DNA of 64,000 bases from Lingula anatina (Eukaryota; Animalia; Brachiopoda), in NCBI GenBank assembly GCA_051362555.1, contig CM120648.1, positions 18,534,587-18,598,586 on the forward strand, in the 5' to 3' direction. Positions 25,087 to 38,366 of the stretch are shown here, one piece after another; positions within the stretch are counted from its first letter, which is position 1, and the number at the start of each line of letters is the position of its first letter. Both the position numbers and the translations under genes were made by a program. The notes beneath the pieces were generated by a model that did not search any database, was not told the origin of the DNA, and worked only from the letters and a program-made list of their open reading frames with translations.

Positions 25087-26329
25087 ATAATATGTATATA
25101 GGAAAGACAGTTTGAAGCCTAATAAATATTACATGTACAAGTAGTGTTTTATTTGATCTTTAATAAATTCATAAATTCATTTATTAAACTCTATGTAAAT
25201 TTAATCAATTCATAGTACAATGTACACGAAAATTGCTGTCATCACCGAATCTTTTTGGTAAAGCGACTTTTAAAAATCACTGTTGTTAATTGCGACCACG
25301 CTCACCTTCGATCTTTATCTCAGCGAGCTAGGGTTAGGCTCTTTTGTTAGCAGAAAGTTTGTCACGATAATTGCCCGACGGGCAGGGTATGGAACTATTG
25401 TTAACAGAAACCAAACAGCGTATGGATGACAATGTTATTTCCATAGTTACCGAGCCAGGCCGTCCGTACAACCCGCAGCGACCCGGAGGGTAAGTAAGGG
25501 GAGATTCCGGCGGCACTGTATGTGTGTGTGCGTGTGTGTGTGCACGAGAAAAGACAGAGATCTTGAAATCATGAGCACATTTGAACTGGCCTTTACAAGG
25601 TGACAACAAGTTTGTAGAACACGACACGGAGGCTGCCCTAATCTTACACTTCTTGCCAGTATATACTGCCATGCATACGTTATTTTCTGGACCTCTTTTG
25701 CAATGCCCCCCCCCCCCCCCCCCCCAAGCTGTAAATTAATATTTTGAAGTTTTGTTCACTTTTAAAGCGGTTAAAAGACATGCATAGTGATTTGAATGAA
25801 GCAAGTAGGAAATTTAAGAAATCATCACATGTATTCACATCAAACTGGCAAAGGAAAATGTAGTTTTCAGTTTCAGCTTTCTTTCAAGTTTTTAGGTAGA
25901 AGGTACTTAATTTTCAAATAATAATAATAATAATACAGTCCGATTTTCATGATTTTTAACAGGTCATTTGACCTTAATTGAACTAAATTATTTTGTTACA
26001 ATATGATCGATCTATCAACATAAAACGTGTCACATCAAACTAAACTCCTTATTCAGGGAAAAATTAAAGTTAAAGCGTTGACAGCACGTCATGTCCAGGT
26101 CCACTTCTGTATTTTCTTTTCCTGAGGACGCTCAGTGGCACTCCCAGAACACCCAGCTCTACTATCATTGCCGGACAATGGCGTCTCATTGACCTATGTA
26201 AACATTATACAGACTTGACATTTAATATGGAATATTTTCTCTAAATCATAATTAATCAGTTTTTTCCCTATTTTGCTGACTGATAAATGAAAATAAGGAT
26301 TAAAATCGTGTTTTAAAAGCTTTTGCTAA

Positions 26330-27420
26330 TCTGTTCGCTGTCATTGTGACAACAGTTCATTAACTGAATTCGCCAGTGAAGCAAACAAAAATACATTGCC
26401 TATTTAAAGTCATACGACAACCATTGAAAGCGATAGTTTGGATCTCCATATCTTCCAAATTATCGTCTTTAAAAGAGTTACAGGCCCACAAAGGCCCCTC
26501 ATGTTAGTGTCAGTCACAACAATGGTCGCTGTTACGCCAGACCTCATCTTGCTGCTACCAGAGTTTTCTAGCGGCAAGCCATTCCTTAGGGTAGGTTTTT
26601 AGAGTTTAATCTGGAATAAAATTCCAGGCAACGGTTAAAAATTGTCCAATTTGATTCTGTTTTGTTTTAGGTCATGCAGTCTGTTGATTCGGTGAGTAAT
26701 GGCCTACCCACATATTGTCTATGTGGTACAAATATGGCGATTTTGATTACCAAGGTAGCTGCTCATTCCCTTGGTTCTGTAAGTTATCTGCTACTAAAAG
26801 TGTTCTGTGTGAACCGGCAATCTCATCGTGGAACCTAAAATTGCCCCTAAGGTCCCCCCTATCAAATGATGGTCAAGTGGTTCCCAGAGTATTCCTTTAT
26901 TTGATCTGGTTCAGGTTTTCATCGATGATTTCCATTAGTGTTTTGGCACCAATGTGGTATCCACTGCAAATGGTGACGCTGTCATTGACCCTAGTCACTT
27001 ATGAAGTGGCACACGCCTTGTCGTAGGCCTCTTCGGGATGCCCGTAAACTCTGTTTTGACCAGTTAAGTGGAACTGGTGAAATCTGACCTCAATAAAGAA
27101 AGCCGCGTGGTTCAGTGTTCTATCCAGAAACGGTCATGGTCCCCAGTTCATTAAAGAAACAGACTACGCTGTTTTGGTGTTTACAGTGGCTTCCTCAGAG
27201 GTCGCCTGATATCCTAACCTGTTGAAACCATTTTGTTGTCCGCTAAGAACCCTGAAAATCGCGTTTTGGTGATAATTTGCCCCTCATTCAAAACGGACTG
27301 GGTGGTTTTGGTTTAATTGCAGCAGCATATCCTGAACGAAAGTGAAACCTGTACCCTGGTGGTAAGATGTCGATACATTGGGCGTGGTCTCTGTGTAGGT
27401 GCATCAGTCTGGGCATAACT
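26330..27420 (-). mobile_element. Decayed Penelope-like retroelement (RT C-terminal part to GIY-YIG region)
   Basis: Ordered fragments QCIDIL (~RYIDDIF), LLQLNQNHPVRFE (~LNxxHPxIKFT), VLNEGQIITKTRF, GHPEEAYDKA, YHIGAKTLMEII. Many stops. Confidence 0.6.
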
Positions 27421-28686
27421 CTATAAAACTGTGCAGACCATTCCGTTTGACACAAGAATCTGTCTGGCAGTGTCTGTCTTTTTCGCTTCATTTTGGCACA
27501 GCTTAACAATTTTATAAGACACTGCTTAACTTATTTTACGCACTGCAAAACCGACCGCTTGCATGCAAAATTTCAGTTTCTTCGAGATAGTAGTTGCCGA
27601 CATATGGATACTTTTTTGACAGAACTATGCTTCATCAAAGCCAAGCTTTGGCCAGCCCAAAGGAGCACTAGCCAATTAAATCACCGCATATTACACCATG
27701 CAGCAGTGCAACAGACTTGGTAGTCACTTAATTAGTAGCGACACACCTGACTTCATACTTCTCCAGTCAGATATCTTATGTGAGATCTGTGTTTTTTTAA
27801 AAAAGAACGCATTTTTACTTAGGTATACCTTTAAAACTGAAATATTCCATATTAACTGTCAAGTCTGTATTTGTAAGTTGGTGCGATACAACTGTTGTGT
27901 TTGCGAAATATATTCTGAAATTTGCTTCTCCCTGTGGGTCAAAATTTAGATCACACTTATTGCTCCATAAAATAAAACAATTATCATTTAAATTCACAAA
28001 CTAGTGTTGTTTGGGTCATTTCATAAAATACTCCTCTGCAAGGAGAATTCTTTATCAAACAAAAAGCAAAGATGAGGCAAATAAAATCAAATAAAGCAAA
28101 TGTTTTAGTAGACGCAGTGATTACGTCATAGTGCTCAGGGATTTCCAAGGACTTCTCAGGAATCCAAGCACCACTTGTGGTCTCTGCATTACTTTAAATG
28201 AAGTTATATTATGAAGATATACATCTATGTGTATAAATTTATAAGGCTGGAGACATTGCCTTCAGTTCTTTTTTTATTATTTATTAATTATTTTATTTCG
28301 CTGAAGATCAGTGGTTAACAGTGTTTTAAGAAAAAGTCCTTACATGTAACAGCTCCTTGTACTTTATGTATCATTTGTCTGAAGGGAACCTCCACCTTTC
28401 GGGTCTCATTGACTTAATGGTATGATTCAATCACCCGTCATTATGTCAACCATATACCCCCTGTATAAAATGGAGGGTGTGTATTGATTCCTGACTTTCA
28501 TAAGGGGTCTTTCAACCAATTTCATATCAGATACTGGTAGAAAAGAATGAGAAGACCTTTGGTGGAGGGTATAACCACTGCACATGCTTGGCACGTTTAC
28601 ACTCACCACTAGAATAAAGCGCAGGGCGCTGCAACTCAGAAATGAATTAAAATATCCGACATTTACTGATGTTTGGGTAATAGGGC

Positions 28687-28882
28687 GCATTCCCATAGAT
28701 TTTAGATCGATCTATCCCCGTGGGGAGTCTCACTAGATTACTGTCAGATAATCCGGCTTAAATGTCCGTCCCGGGGTAAAGGGGTAATTAACTACCGTGC
28801 GCGCTCGGCTGACTGCAATATAGCGTGAACCCCCAGGGAGTTAGGTCGATCTAGTTGGATCGATCTAAATCTCTGGGAATGC
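28687..28882. mobile_element. Short foldback MITE-like repeat
   Basis: GCATTCCCATAGATTTTAGATCGATC ... GATCGATCTAAATCTCTGGGAATGC. Related pieces near 37110-37200 and 37900-37995. Confidence 0.6.
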
Positions 28883-30020
28883 CGTTGTAGACGACGCGCA
28901 ATTCTTCCTTTATGCAAGGTTAGGGAGACAACAGGGATTTATGGTTACAAACTGAAATAACCTTGAAACTTATCTGAAAACTTAGAGCAAAGATGTATTT
29001 AGCCTGCACGTATGTGATATCTTCAAGATTATAAATCCATTACTCAATAAAAACGCCGTTAAAATGAAAAGTATAATGGTAATATAATTAAAACGCCACA
29101 CAGGTTACACAAAGTGACAAAGAATCTAATTCGTGGCAATAACTGATATCTATGAATCAAGTCACAGAAGTACAACGAGTTATTTCAATGACAGTATCCC
29201 CTCTCAGTAGCTACTGTGCTGGTAGGTACCCATGTATGCTAGTACCTGCTTTAAACACATATGACATGGTTACTTGGATATTGAAAAAGGCCGGAACACA
29301 TTTGACATCAGTAGAATTGAGAACAAAATGTGTGTAGTCGTAAATCATAATTTTCAACAACATTTTCTATTATAACATGTGCAGGTAACTCAAGTCACCT
29401 TGTTAAGATAATGGCACACAAAGAGCCGGTTGCCCGCCATTTCTTAAAAAGGGGAATCCCCGCCCTAATGTTGTAGATTGATAGTTTTCTGGCCAATAGA
29501 TGTGATTGTAACATTACATCCTAGACACATTTCATGACACATGTACCGTAGGTATTTGATTTTTTACTAGTAACAAATCCTCGAGCATCATCAAACCCCT
29601 TTAACCGTTTAACCCTGCAGGCAAACATGCAGCAGTTTATCAGAGGAAGGATGCGACAGTTGCTAAGGATCATATTTACCTTATGTGGGGACGTTTGAGA
29701 TAACGGACATAAATGCAGAAAGTCAAAAGTGTTAGTGTTATTTAAACTGTATTTACTCGTCCACACAGAGCACTTGTACTCGCTGATTACTTTCAGTAAC
29801 AAAGCAACAACTGCAGCTATCAGAATAACCAAATGTAAGCCATATAGACAATCTGCTGGCTGTCATTCCTCGCTGAATCAGCGGCCTACTGGTCCTACAA
29901 TAAATCTGAACCAGCTACAACAAATACTTCGATGGTGTCACTTGGATATCGGCTGTGCCTGTTTTGGCAGTTATTAGTCGCTCCCTTCTGGTAAGTAAAA
30001 TTCGCCTATGACATAATTAA

Positions 30021-32596
30021 CACCTTTCTATTTTGCGGTGGGATAGAAATCGGTTTTATATCCTGTTTCACCTATATTATTCGATCATTGATCAGTGACG
30101 GATTTAGGGTATGCCAGAGGGATCCTGTCCCTCCCTCCCGATTTCTGAAATTAATCACAACAATGGTCCCCTCTTGAAATGAACCAAGGGGGGGGGGGGT
30201 CGCCTTTACATCCCCGGAATCCCCTTCAAATAATCCTGGTTCCACCCCGATTAATGATGGAAAATGCTAAAATAATGTCTCAATTGTGGCGTGCTTAGAC
30301 CCCGTATTTTGGAAGGAAACGGAAGTGCGCTGATAACGTTGCGTGAGGTAAAACAAATACACAGACACAATATGGGTATCTAAAATGACGAAAGTGTGTA
30401 ATAAAATGAATATCAGCGATAAAACGTCTAATATTATTCATATTGTTGATCTTTTTACGAGATTTTAAATATAGTTGTTGTTCAAATCATTAAATACTCA
30501 TTAACAGCTTCATTGAATCGGATTATGAAACAAAACGAGGGGCAGAAAGACACTGTGACGTGGGAGTATTTGAAGCAATTTGTAGTCGTATAGTAATTGG
30601 AATTGTTTTATAAGAGTATTAATTTCAGTCATTGTTTTTTCTTCAAGACTATGCTTCACAAAAGTGTCCTCTAACATAACGAAAGTCAGTTTGTCACTGC
30701 TTTCTAGGACTTTACCTCTCGCCCTCTGAAAAAAAAAAAAGATCGCAACCATAATTTTGTCTAGATTTCCGTAGGGTTAATTCTTGAAGCCCACTCAAAA
30801 AATTATCAAACCTTTGATGTAACTTGATTCAACCTCACCGCTGTCTGTAAATACCAGCACAAATTTAATACAGTTTTCGTAAGGGGAAACCCTCAGTCGC
30901 TCATGATGGGGCAGTAGTCGACTAGATCTGCCTCATCAGATTGACTTAGGGACAGCTTTCCATGCACACCTCCCTTCAGAAAACATATTGTAATTTACTA
31001 CCGTATTTCAAGTTCAGTGTTATTGTCCACTATGTCAGCTCAGCGTAGCAAGGACTGCATGTACATCGTGTGTACAAAGATATAATTTTGGGAGGCTATA
31101 TTTAGAGAGCGCACATCGCAACCAACCGCTTATCGCAGGCAATACAAATACTGATATCGATTACCGTCATTAAAACGTCAAAGCTTTTTCTGCTGGCGGA
31201 AACAGAAATTAAAACTAAGATGTATCTTTGAGAGTTCTGTTGACAACTGCGATATCTCTGTCTGATACACAGTTGCCTCACATATTCTCTTTTGTTGTTC
31301 TAAACTAAGGTTTTGACTGTAATGGTATAGGTCCTATACATACATGTATATTCTTCCATAATACACCACCGTACCATTCCACTATAGTTCTGCCTAAGTA
31401 ACTATAGATGGGAGACATCTTCAGAGAATCCCATTTATGTAACCATCTATGTTACTCAGTGATTACTGCATGGAGAAATTGTATGCATGTGTCACACTGT
31501 CCCGAAATGGACACAGAATGCACACACGGTGAATTAAAACTTCAAATAGGGTTCTGATTGTGAAAAAAATAAAAAAAAAAGAAAAGGCATCACAATGTTG
31601 ACAAAAACATGTAATTCATTCAATGATAATTTTAACATTCTGTTATGTGCATGTATAAAATATAATACAAAATGTTAAACAATAAAAAGATAAAAACGGA
31701 GAATTTGGTCAGATGACCGAATGTAATACAAAGGAACATATTTCAAAATATGAAAGCTATAGGGAAATATATATCGCCGTCTTTACCCTCCAAATAACAA
31801 ATAAATAATAAATAAATAAATGAATAAACAATTACAAATACAGAAATGGCACGTTCAGCCGACGCTGAGGTTTCGTGCATTTTGTGCATGATAGCAAGTT
31901 TTCGTCCAAAAACGGCTTAAGTTCTTAAAGAAAAGAAACCTGCTTGTCAGTAGAACAGATAAAGACATGATTCATGATGCTAATGTCACATCACCATAAC
32001 ACGATATCAGTTGATTATATTGACGTACTGTCAGAAAAATCCTCTCTGTTGAGCTCGGCAGCTGTATATAGTATCACTAATCGTACACCATTTACTGCGT
32101 CCTTGCCAAACATATTTGATTTAATTGCATTTCTTGTGAATATAATATGTAACGTTCACAGGGACTGATATCTATTATCCATCCCTTCTGTAAACTGTTG
32201 CATCCTGTATACGTGTTTTTAGCAACATAAAAAACCGCTTACATTCCGCCCAATAAGTCGTGAAAGACATTGGAAACTTAAATAATTCTGTTTGTCAAAG
32301 TTCTCCTTTACCAGAACACCCACGAACATACTGACACCATTTAGTACTCCAAAACACTGTCAGCAATTTTTTCTTAATTTTTCATTTCGGATATTATTGT
32401 TGCTAAAGCAAAATAGTGCCTTTGTTTAGAGAAGATCTGTAAATAAAGGATCGTAACTCCATAACAAAAGGATTAATCAAAATGTCGGCAAGCAATTGTA
32501 GCCCACTGACTCGTGGTCAACTTTCGTGATACAATCTTATTTGTGGATAAAATAACGCCCCAAACCGATTTCTATCCCACCTCAAAAAGAAAGGTG
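30021..32596. mobile_element. 2.6-kb segment bounded by inverted repeats of about 36 bp and TTAA
   Basis: TTAA|CACCTTTCTATTTTGCGGTGGGATAGAAATCGGTTT ... AAACCGATTTCTATCCCACCTCAAAAAGAAAGGTG|TTAA. Confidence 0.55.
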
Positions 32597-32968
32597 TTAA
32601 ATTGAAGATAAAAGCCTTAAGCTGCCATGTTTATACATTGCAACGAGTGCATTTTATTGTTTGAAATCAGCAAAATAAACCCATTATTGAATAATAAGAT
32701 ACAGGGAAAACTCATTTTCGGTATCTAGATGATAACAAATGGTTAAAATACCCCTAAGCTTCGTCAGCTTATTTTTCCCTAACAACCAGCACACAGCTTA
32801 TCAGGCCGAGTACTAAAGTGACGTCACCCTTATTCAGCGAGCGGTGATCCCCGCCTGGCGCAACGTCCGCTCTATTAAAAAAAATTCTAACAAACGTTGT
32901 GAATTAGGTTTGACTTCCTTTGTCTTTTCGAATAAGTTTGTAAAACATGAATAGTTTCGATAATTCCC

Positions 32969-33026
<58 letters not shown>

Positions 33027-34280
33027 AAAAGGAAAGGTATTGCTACAGGGGGACCACAAGGTCAACGTTCACCATTTGTATGAATAGTAACATTTAAGAT
33101 AATGAGAGAATTAACTCTTAAATTGTACAGTACATCGCTCTAAAACGGTGGATAACGCTGTTACCAATGTGTTTCAAAGTCGTGCCTGTCTACATAAGGT
33201 TATGACCCTGAGCCAAGCACAGTAAGTAACAAATATAACAACAGATATATCGTATCCATCTATTGCAAATGCTGCGGGTGCATTGTTACAGAAAGGAAAC
33301 TTGTACTGTAAAACGGAGAAATTGTCTACGGTAATTTGTCATTGTTTTACTCAAGAACAACCAGGTCGTTGCAAAGGCAGCCTTCCAAATATAACTTCCC
33401 TTTTAAATAAACTGATCCTGACGCCTGTAAGTAAAGATAAGCAGGGTATGATATCATTCTCTGTTGACCTGTAGAAGGCGATTTCAAGAAAGTTAACCTC
33501 TATAACCAAGATAAACTGATCAGGGCATGGGAATTTATTGACATCAGAGCTGGGTGCAGTGAAATTATTGTTTGAAGAGATTAAATCTATCTACTCTTGT
33601 GGACGCAGGCTGTGCTGTAACAGCCAACGTATGTTTAAGAGAGAGATAAGACACTGTCACCCGAGCAATATATATTGCATTCAGTTTAACTGGCGTAAAT
33701 GTCTGCCCCACACTTAACATGAAGTACTTGGATAAAGTCGGGAAAATTTTAGGTCCACGATGTTGCGAGGTTATGGGATCGCAGTCTTAAACGCCTTCCT
33801 TCTAATTTTTATTGCCCTTTACGTTAAACTTCTCTATACTTTATTGACTTAATTTTTTTACCCCAAAAGACGGTAACTTTTAAACAAACTTCACAACAAG
33901 TTGCGGAATTTTTCTAGGATTCAGTTCCTTAAAGAGAGCGTTCACACAAACAATTGCCTTCCATTCTTAAAGGATTTAAAGAAGTGAAATAGTGAGACTA
34001 GAACAGACGAAACAAAAGTCTGCCATAGATCAGTATGATCATATATGTGGAGGATCATGTCAGCTTGATATTTTTACATTTACGAGCTTGTCACAATATT
34101 TTTAAAAAGGTAAAACATTCAACAACGAACGTGGTTAGGTACTATATAGTTGTTAGTTGCGCTCTACTTTCTGGTTTAAGCAAGGTCCTTAAAGAAAGCT
34201 TAAAAATCGTTACAATTGCATCACTTGCAATTAAACAGTAAACAATATTTGAATATGGGTAAATCAATAATTGCACATTA

Positions 34281-34770
34281 CCGTTTTCAAGGTGTGTGTC
34301 AGATCGCATTTCGGAGTATCATACCCCAGAACAAATTTTGTAGCACGACTGCGGGGCTCATCCACGCTCGGCTGAACAACCTTAAACTGTACTCTTACTT
34401 TAGAGTACTCTATTTCATTGTCTCTATGGGGGTATATGGGGACTTTACGACATTCGGTTTGAATGTTTTAACCACTTTAAATAGGGCTTTTTTGCATTGT
34501 ATTAGTTTAACGTGGCAGTCTAAGGTTCATCTAGGTGGCTTTCGAATTTATGCACCCGGTTTTACGGTTTTAAAATCATATAGCGATTAAATACGACAAT
34601 CGTTTACTATCCAATCAAGGTGACAGCCGAGCGTGGGCTCATCCTGTCGGTGTTCTGGCTGATACTCCGAAATGCGATCTGACACACACCTTGAAAACGG
34701 GTAGTGTGGTCCGATATACCGGTTAATTCAGGATCCTTAGGTGCCGAGTCTGGTAGTTGGGTAGGCCTGA
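34281..34770. mobile_element. TIR-bearing MITE fragment
   Basis: CCGTTTTCAAGGTGTGTGTCAGATCGCATTTCGGAGTATC (34281) is inverted at 34661-34700. The end GGTGCCGAGTCTGGTAGTTGGGTAGGCCT is shared with 35415-35856. Confidence 0.65.
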
Positions 34771-35414
34771 TATTGTTCTCCGTTTACCTGCAGAGGGCCA
34801 TATCAAGAAGTTAACTTCTATAACTTAGATCAGGGCATGGGAATGTATTGACATCAGAGCTGGGTGCAGTGATATTATTGTTTGAACAGATTAAATCTGT
34901 CTACTCTTGTGGACACAGGCTGGTACTGTGACAGTCACTGTATGTTTAAGAGAGAGATAAGACAGTCACCCGAGCTAAATATACCAGCACACCTTGAGCA
35001 TCAGAGATGTTTTGGCATTTATCTTGAGAGGGGGGGGGGGGCGTGCATCATGCCACATACATACAGAAATAATGTAGTTTTAGACGCAGTTAATCTACAA
35101 GAAAATGCCGAGTTAATAACAATTGACGTAACTTCTACATACACACAAAGAAGTGAATAAATTTATTAATTTTTTTGCAATAAACTCATTGTTTGTTGTG
35201 CAATTAAGCACCTACTTACTACCAGATATATTCTAAGATGGCATTTTGCAAGGAGAGTCTTCTAAAATAATCGCTGGATTATTCACAGCTTACCTGACAA
35301 ATGCCAAATCATTGAAATAAATCCTGCATCGTTACCTCTCAAAAACTCGTATTAACACGAGTGAGGGGTACTTTTTCAACAAAGATACAAACAATGCCAT
35401 CCTATTACTCTGTC

Positions 35415-35856
35415 AGGCCTACCCAACTACCAGACGCGGCACCAAATGATCCAGAATTCACCAAAAAACGGATCGCGCTACTGCTTTAGAAGTTGTGTAT
35501 CTGTAAGCACTTTGAAGTACATGTATCAGACGTGGCACCCTCCTGTTATGGGTTAAATAAGTTTTTCATGGCTACCGGAATGGACACATTTGACGGAGCA
35601 AGCATATATGATGATAGTTTTCTGCTGGTGTTACAATATTTTTTCTCCGTCTACACCTGTCGCCATATCGCACCTGACGAGGCGCGATACCCGAATGAAA
35701 GGTACAAATCTCAGTCGTCGTACAAACTTTGTCCCGGGTTAGGATACTATGGAATGCGTACTGATACACACCTTGAAAACCGGTACCGCGATCCGATCTG
35801 ATGGTGAAATCTGGATCCTTCGGTGCCGCATCTGGTAGTTAAGTTATAGTAGGCCT
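35415..35856. mobile_element. MITE of the same family as 34281-34770
   Basis: AGGCCTACCCAACTACCAGACGCGGCACC ... GGTGCCGCATCTGGTAGTT...TAGGCCT. Confidence 0.65.
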
Positions 35857-36334
35857 GTTGATCAATAACAGAGAAGGAATCTTTAAATGCAATCTCACGC
35901 CTATTTGTTGCAGTTACATGTAATCGCTTTTGTTTGTTTCTTGCTACATATCCTTGGTCCCCAAGTTTGTATCATTTGGCGAGGTCTCTGGGCAGAATTG
36001 CCGAACAAAATGCTGAACGCTGACAATCTTATAGCGCCATCGGAAAATGTTTCCAAAAACGATTTTTGGCATCTCGAGTTACTCAAAGATAGTAGACGAT
36101 GACCAAGGGTTTCATATGATCGTAAAACTGATAACAGGTAAAACTCTCAGCTCAGTAATTGACCAGTAGGTTCTGTTAACCTGACTGTGAATTTTTTTGT
36201 CATTTTAACAGCTTTCTAGACTGCCGGGATAAGTGAATTTCTCCCCATCTAAAAGATATATTCTCATCGTACTAACTGGATCGATCTAATTTTGCAGGAG
36301 TTCTTGCTAATATGACTTCGGTATAATCAGCTCA

Positions 36335-36756
36335 ATTGTCTATATAGTGGCAAGTCCCGTTGGGTAACTAGCAGCTTAATTAGGCGTGTCAACATTTAAG
36401 TCATCGGTATATAATCATCTCTATTGTCTATATAGTGGCAAGTCCCGTTGGGTAACTAGCAGCTTAATTAGGCGTGTCAACATTTAAGTCATCGGTATAT
36501 AATCATCTCTATTGTCTATACAGTGGCAAGTCCCGTTGGGTAACTAGCAGCTTAATTAGGCGTGTCAACATTTAAGTCATCGGTATATAATCATCTCTAT
36601 TGTCTATATAGTGGCAAGTCCCGTTGGGTAACTAGCAGCTTAATTAGGCGTGTCAACATTTAAGTCATCGGTATATAATCATCTCAATTGTCTATAAAAG
36701 TGGCAAGTCCCGTTGGGTAACTAGCAGCTTAATTAGGAGTGTCAACATTTAAGTCG
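36335..36756. repeat. 88-bp tandem repeat, about 4.8 copies
   Basis: Unit ATTGTCTATATAGTGGCAAGTCCCGTTGGGTAACTAGCAGCTTAATTAGGCGTGTCAACATTTAAGTCATCGGTATATAATCATCTCT. Confidence 0.95.
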
Positions 36757-37739
36757 CTTACACTGAATACAATTAAGTGAGAATCCCTGCAGAGTTAGAA
36801 CTTTATCCAGCAGTCACGGCTCCACTCCCGTGTACTTCCACCTAAAAATGAAAGCTTCACGTCTTACACAAAACAGATAAAATCATAGAAACACTACCCT
36901 GTTCTAATATGCAGTTTGAAAAAAAAAAAAACTTCCCAAAATTAAACAGAGATGCGTTTTGTCCAACGGTCGACGCTATATCTCCATTTTGGGGAAATTT
37001 TAATTTTTGATTTTAGGATTTTTTTTAATATCGGAATTAAACTTATTTCAACGGCATCATTAAGCGGGATGAAAGATTTTTTTTCAAATGATACTGGGTA
37101 ACTTCCTTGTTCCCATAATCCTATCGTAATAGCTGGATCCATATAATTCCTCGGGGATTCTCACTAAATTGCATTCAGTTTAACTGCCTTAAATATCTGC
37201 CCCTCCCCCCTCGTAACTTGAAGTACTTGGATAAAGTCAGTTATGGGAACGCAGTTTTAAACACCTACCTTCTGATTTTATGGTCTTTTACGTTAAATTT
37301 ATCTTTACTTTATTGACTTCATTGGGCTTTTAACCTACAAAGACGGTAACTTTTAAGTAAACAATTTTCTCCAAACTCCCTGATAACAATATGTAGGCCT
37401 AGTTCACATACTTCACAACAAGTTGCGTTTTTTTGTAGGGATCAGTTCCTTATAGGGAGCTTTCCAACAAACGTTCTCCTTCTATTCTTTGAGGATTGAA
37501 AGAAGTGCAAAAGACTAGGACAAAGAAACCAAAGTCTGCCCTAGATTGATATGATCATACATGAGGCGTTTCAATATTTTAAGTCAGTTCGATAGCCGTC
37601 CTGGTATTAGAGAACATCCCAAAACCGAAAATGATATTTTTCTTCCCAAAATGTCCATAATTAATTGGTCTTTTCGGAAGTTTGTTTATTTTTAAAACAG
37701 CAAATTAGAACAGGGATATAAATATTGACTCTTCACCAC

Positions 37740-37804
<65 letters not shown>

Positions 37805-38074
37805 CCAAATATATAATTTCCCAAAGTCAACGATATTTTCAGCTTATCCAGTTACAGCACATTTTAAAACTATTTTTTGCTGTCAGGGGTCTCTAAGAGA
37901 CCATTCCCAGAGTTATCGTACTAACTTTGGATCGATCTATCTCTAGGGGGATCCACACTACATTGCTTTCAACTTAAGCGGCTTAAATGTCTGTCACACC
38001 TACTAAAAATGTTAGGGAATAATTAACCACCAGAGGCCGAGCGTGCACGAAAATTAATTATTCCTTAGTTGATT

Positions 38075-38205
38075 CGAAAGGCATGGCAGAAGAACGCCTT
38101 AGCGGATTGGCTCTCTTGCTTGTCCACAGAGGAAGTTACGTTATTCCTGATCCTGAGACAATCTACGAAATGAAGTCCAATTGGCGTGTTGTGTTGAAAA
38201 AATGA
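38075..38205 (+). mobile_element. hAT transposase C-terminal (dimerisation domain) fragment
   Basis: MAEERLSGLALLLVHRGSYVIPDPETIYE matches the MxxERLxxLALLxxH motif of THAP12/ZMYM1-like hAT proteins. Confidence 0.7.
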
Positions 38206-38366
38206 CTGTATTTATAGCAAAATGAACCCACAATTTCTGACTTCTAATTGAGCAATAAATAACAGTTTGTAGGTATATGGAGCAAGTGTTTATGTTACTG
38301 TGATCTCAAAGCTGCAGCACCAGAAGTGAACATAAAGTTTAGCAATCGCTGACAGAAATATTACAG

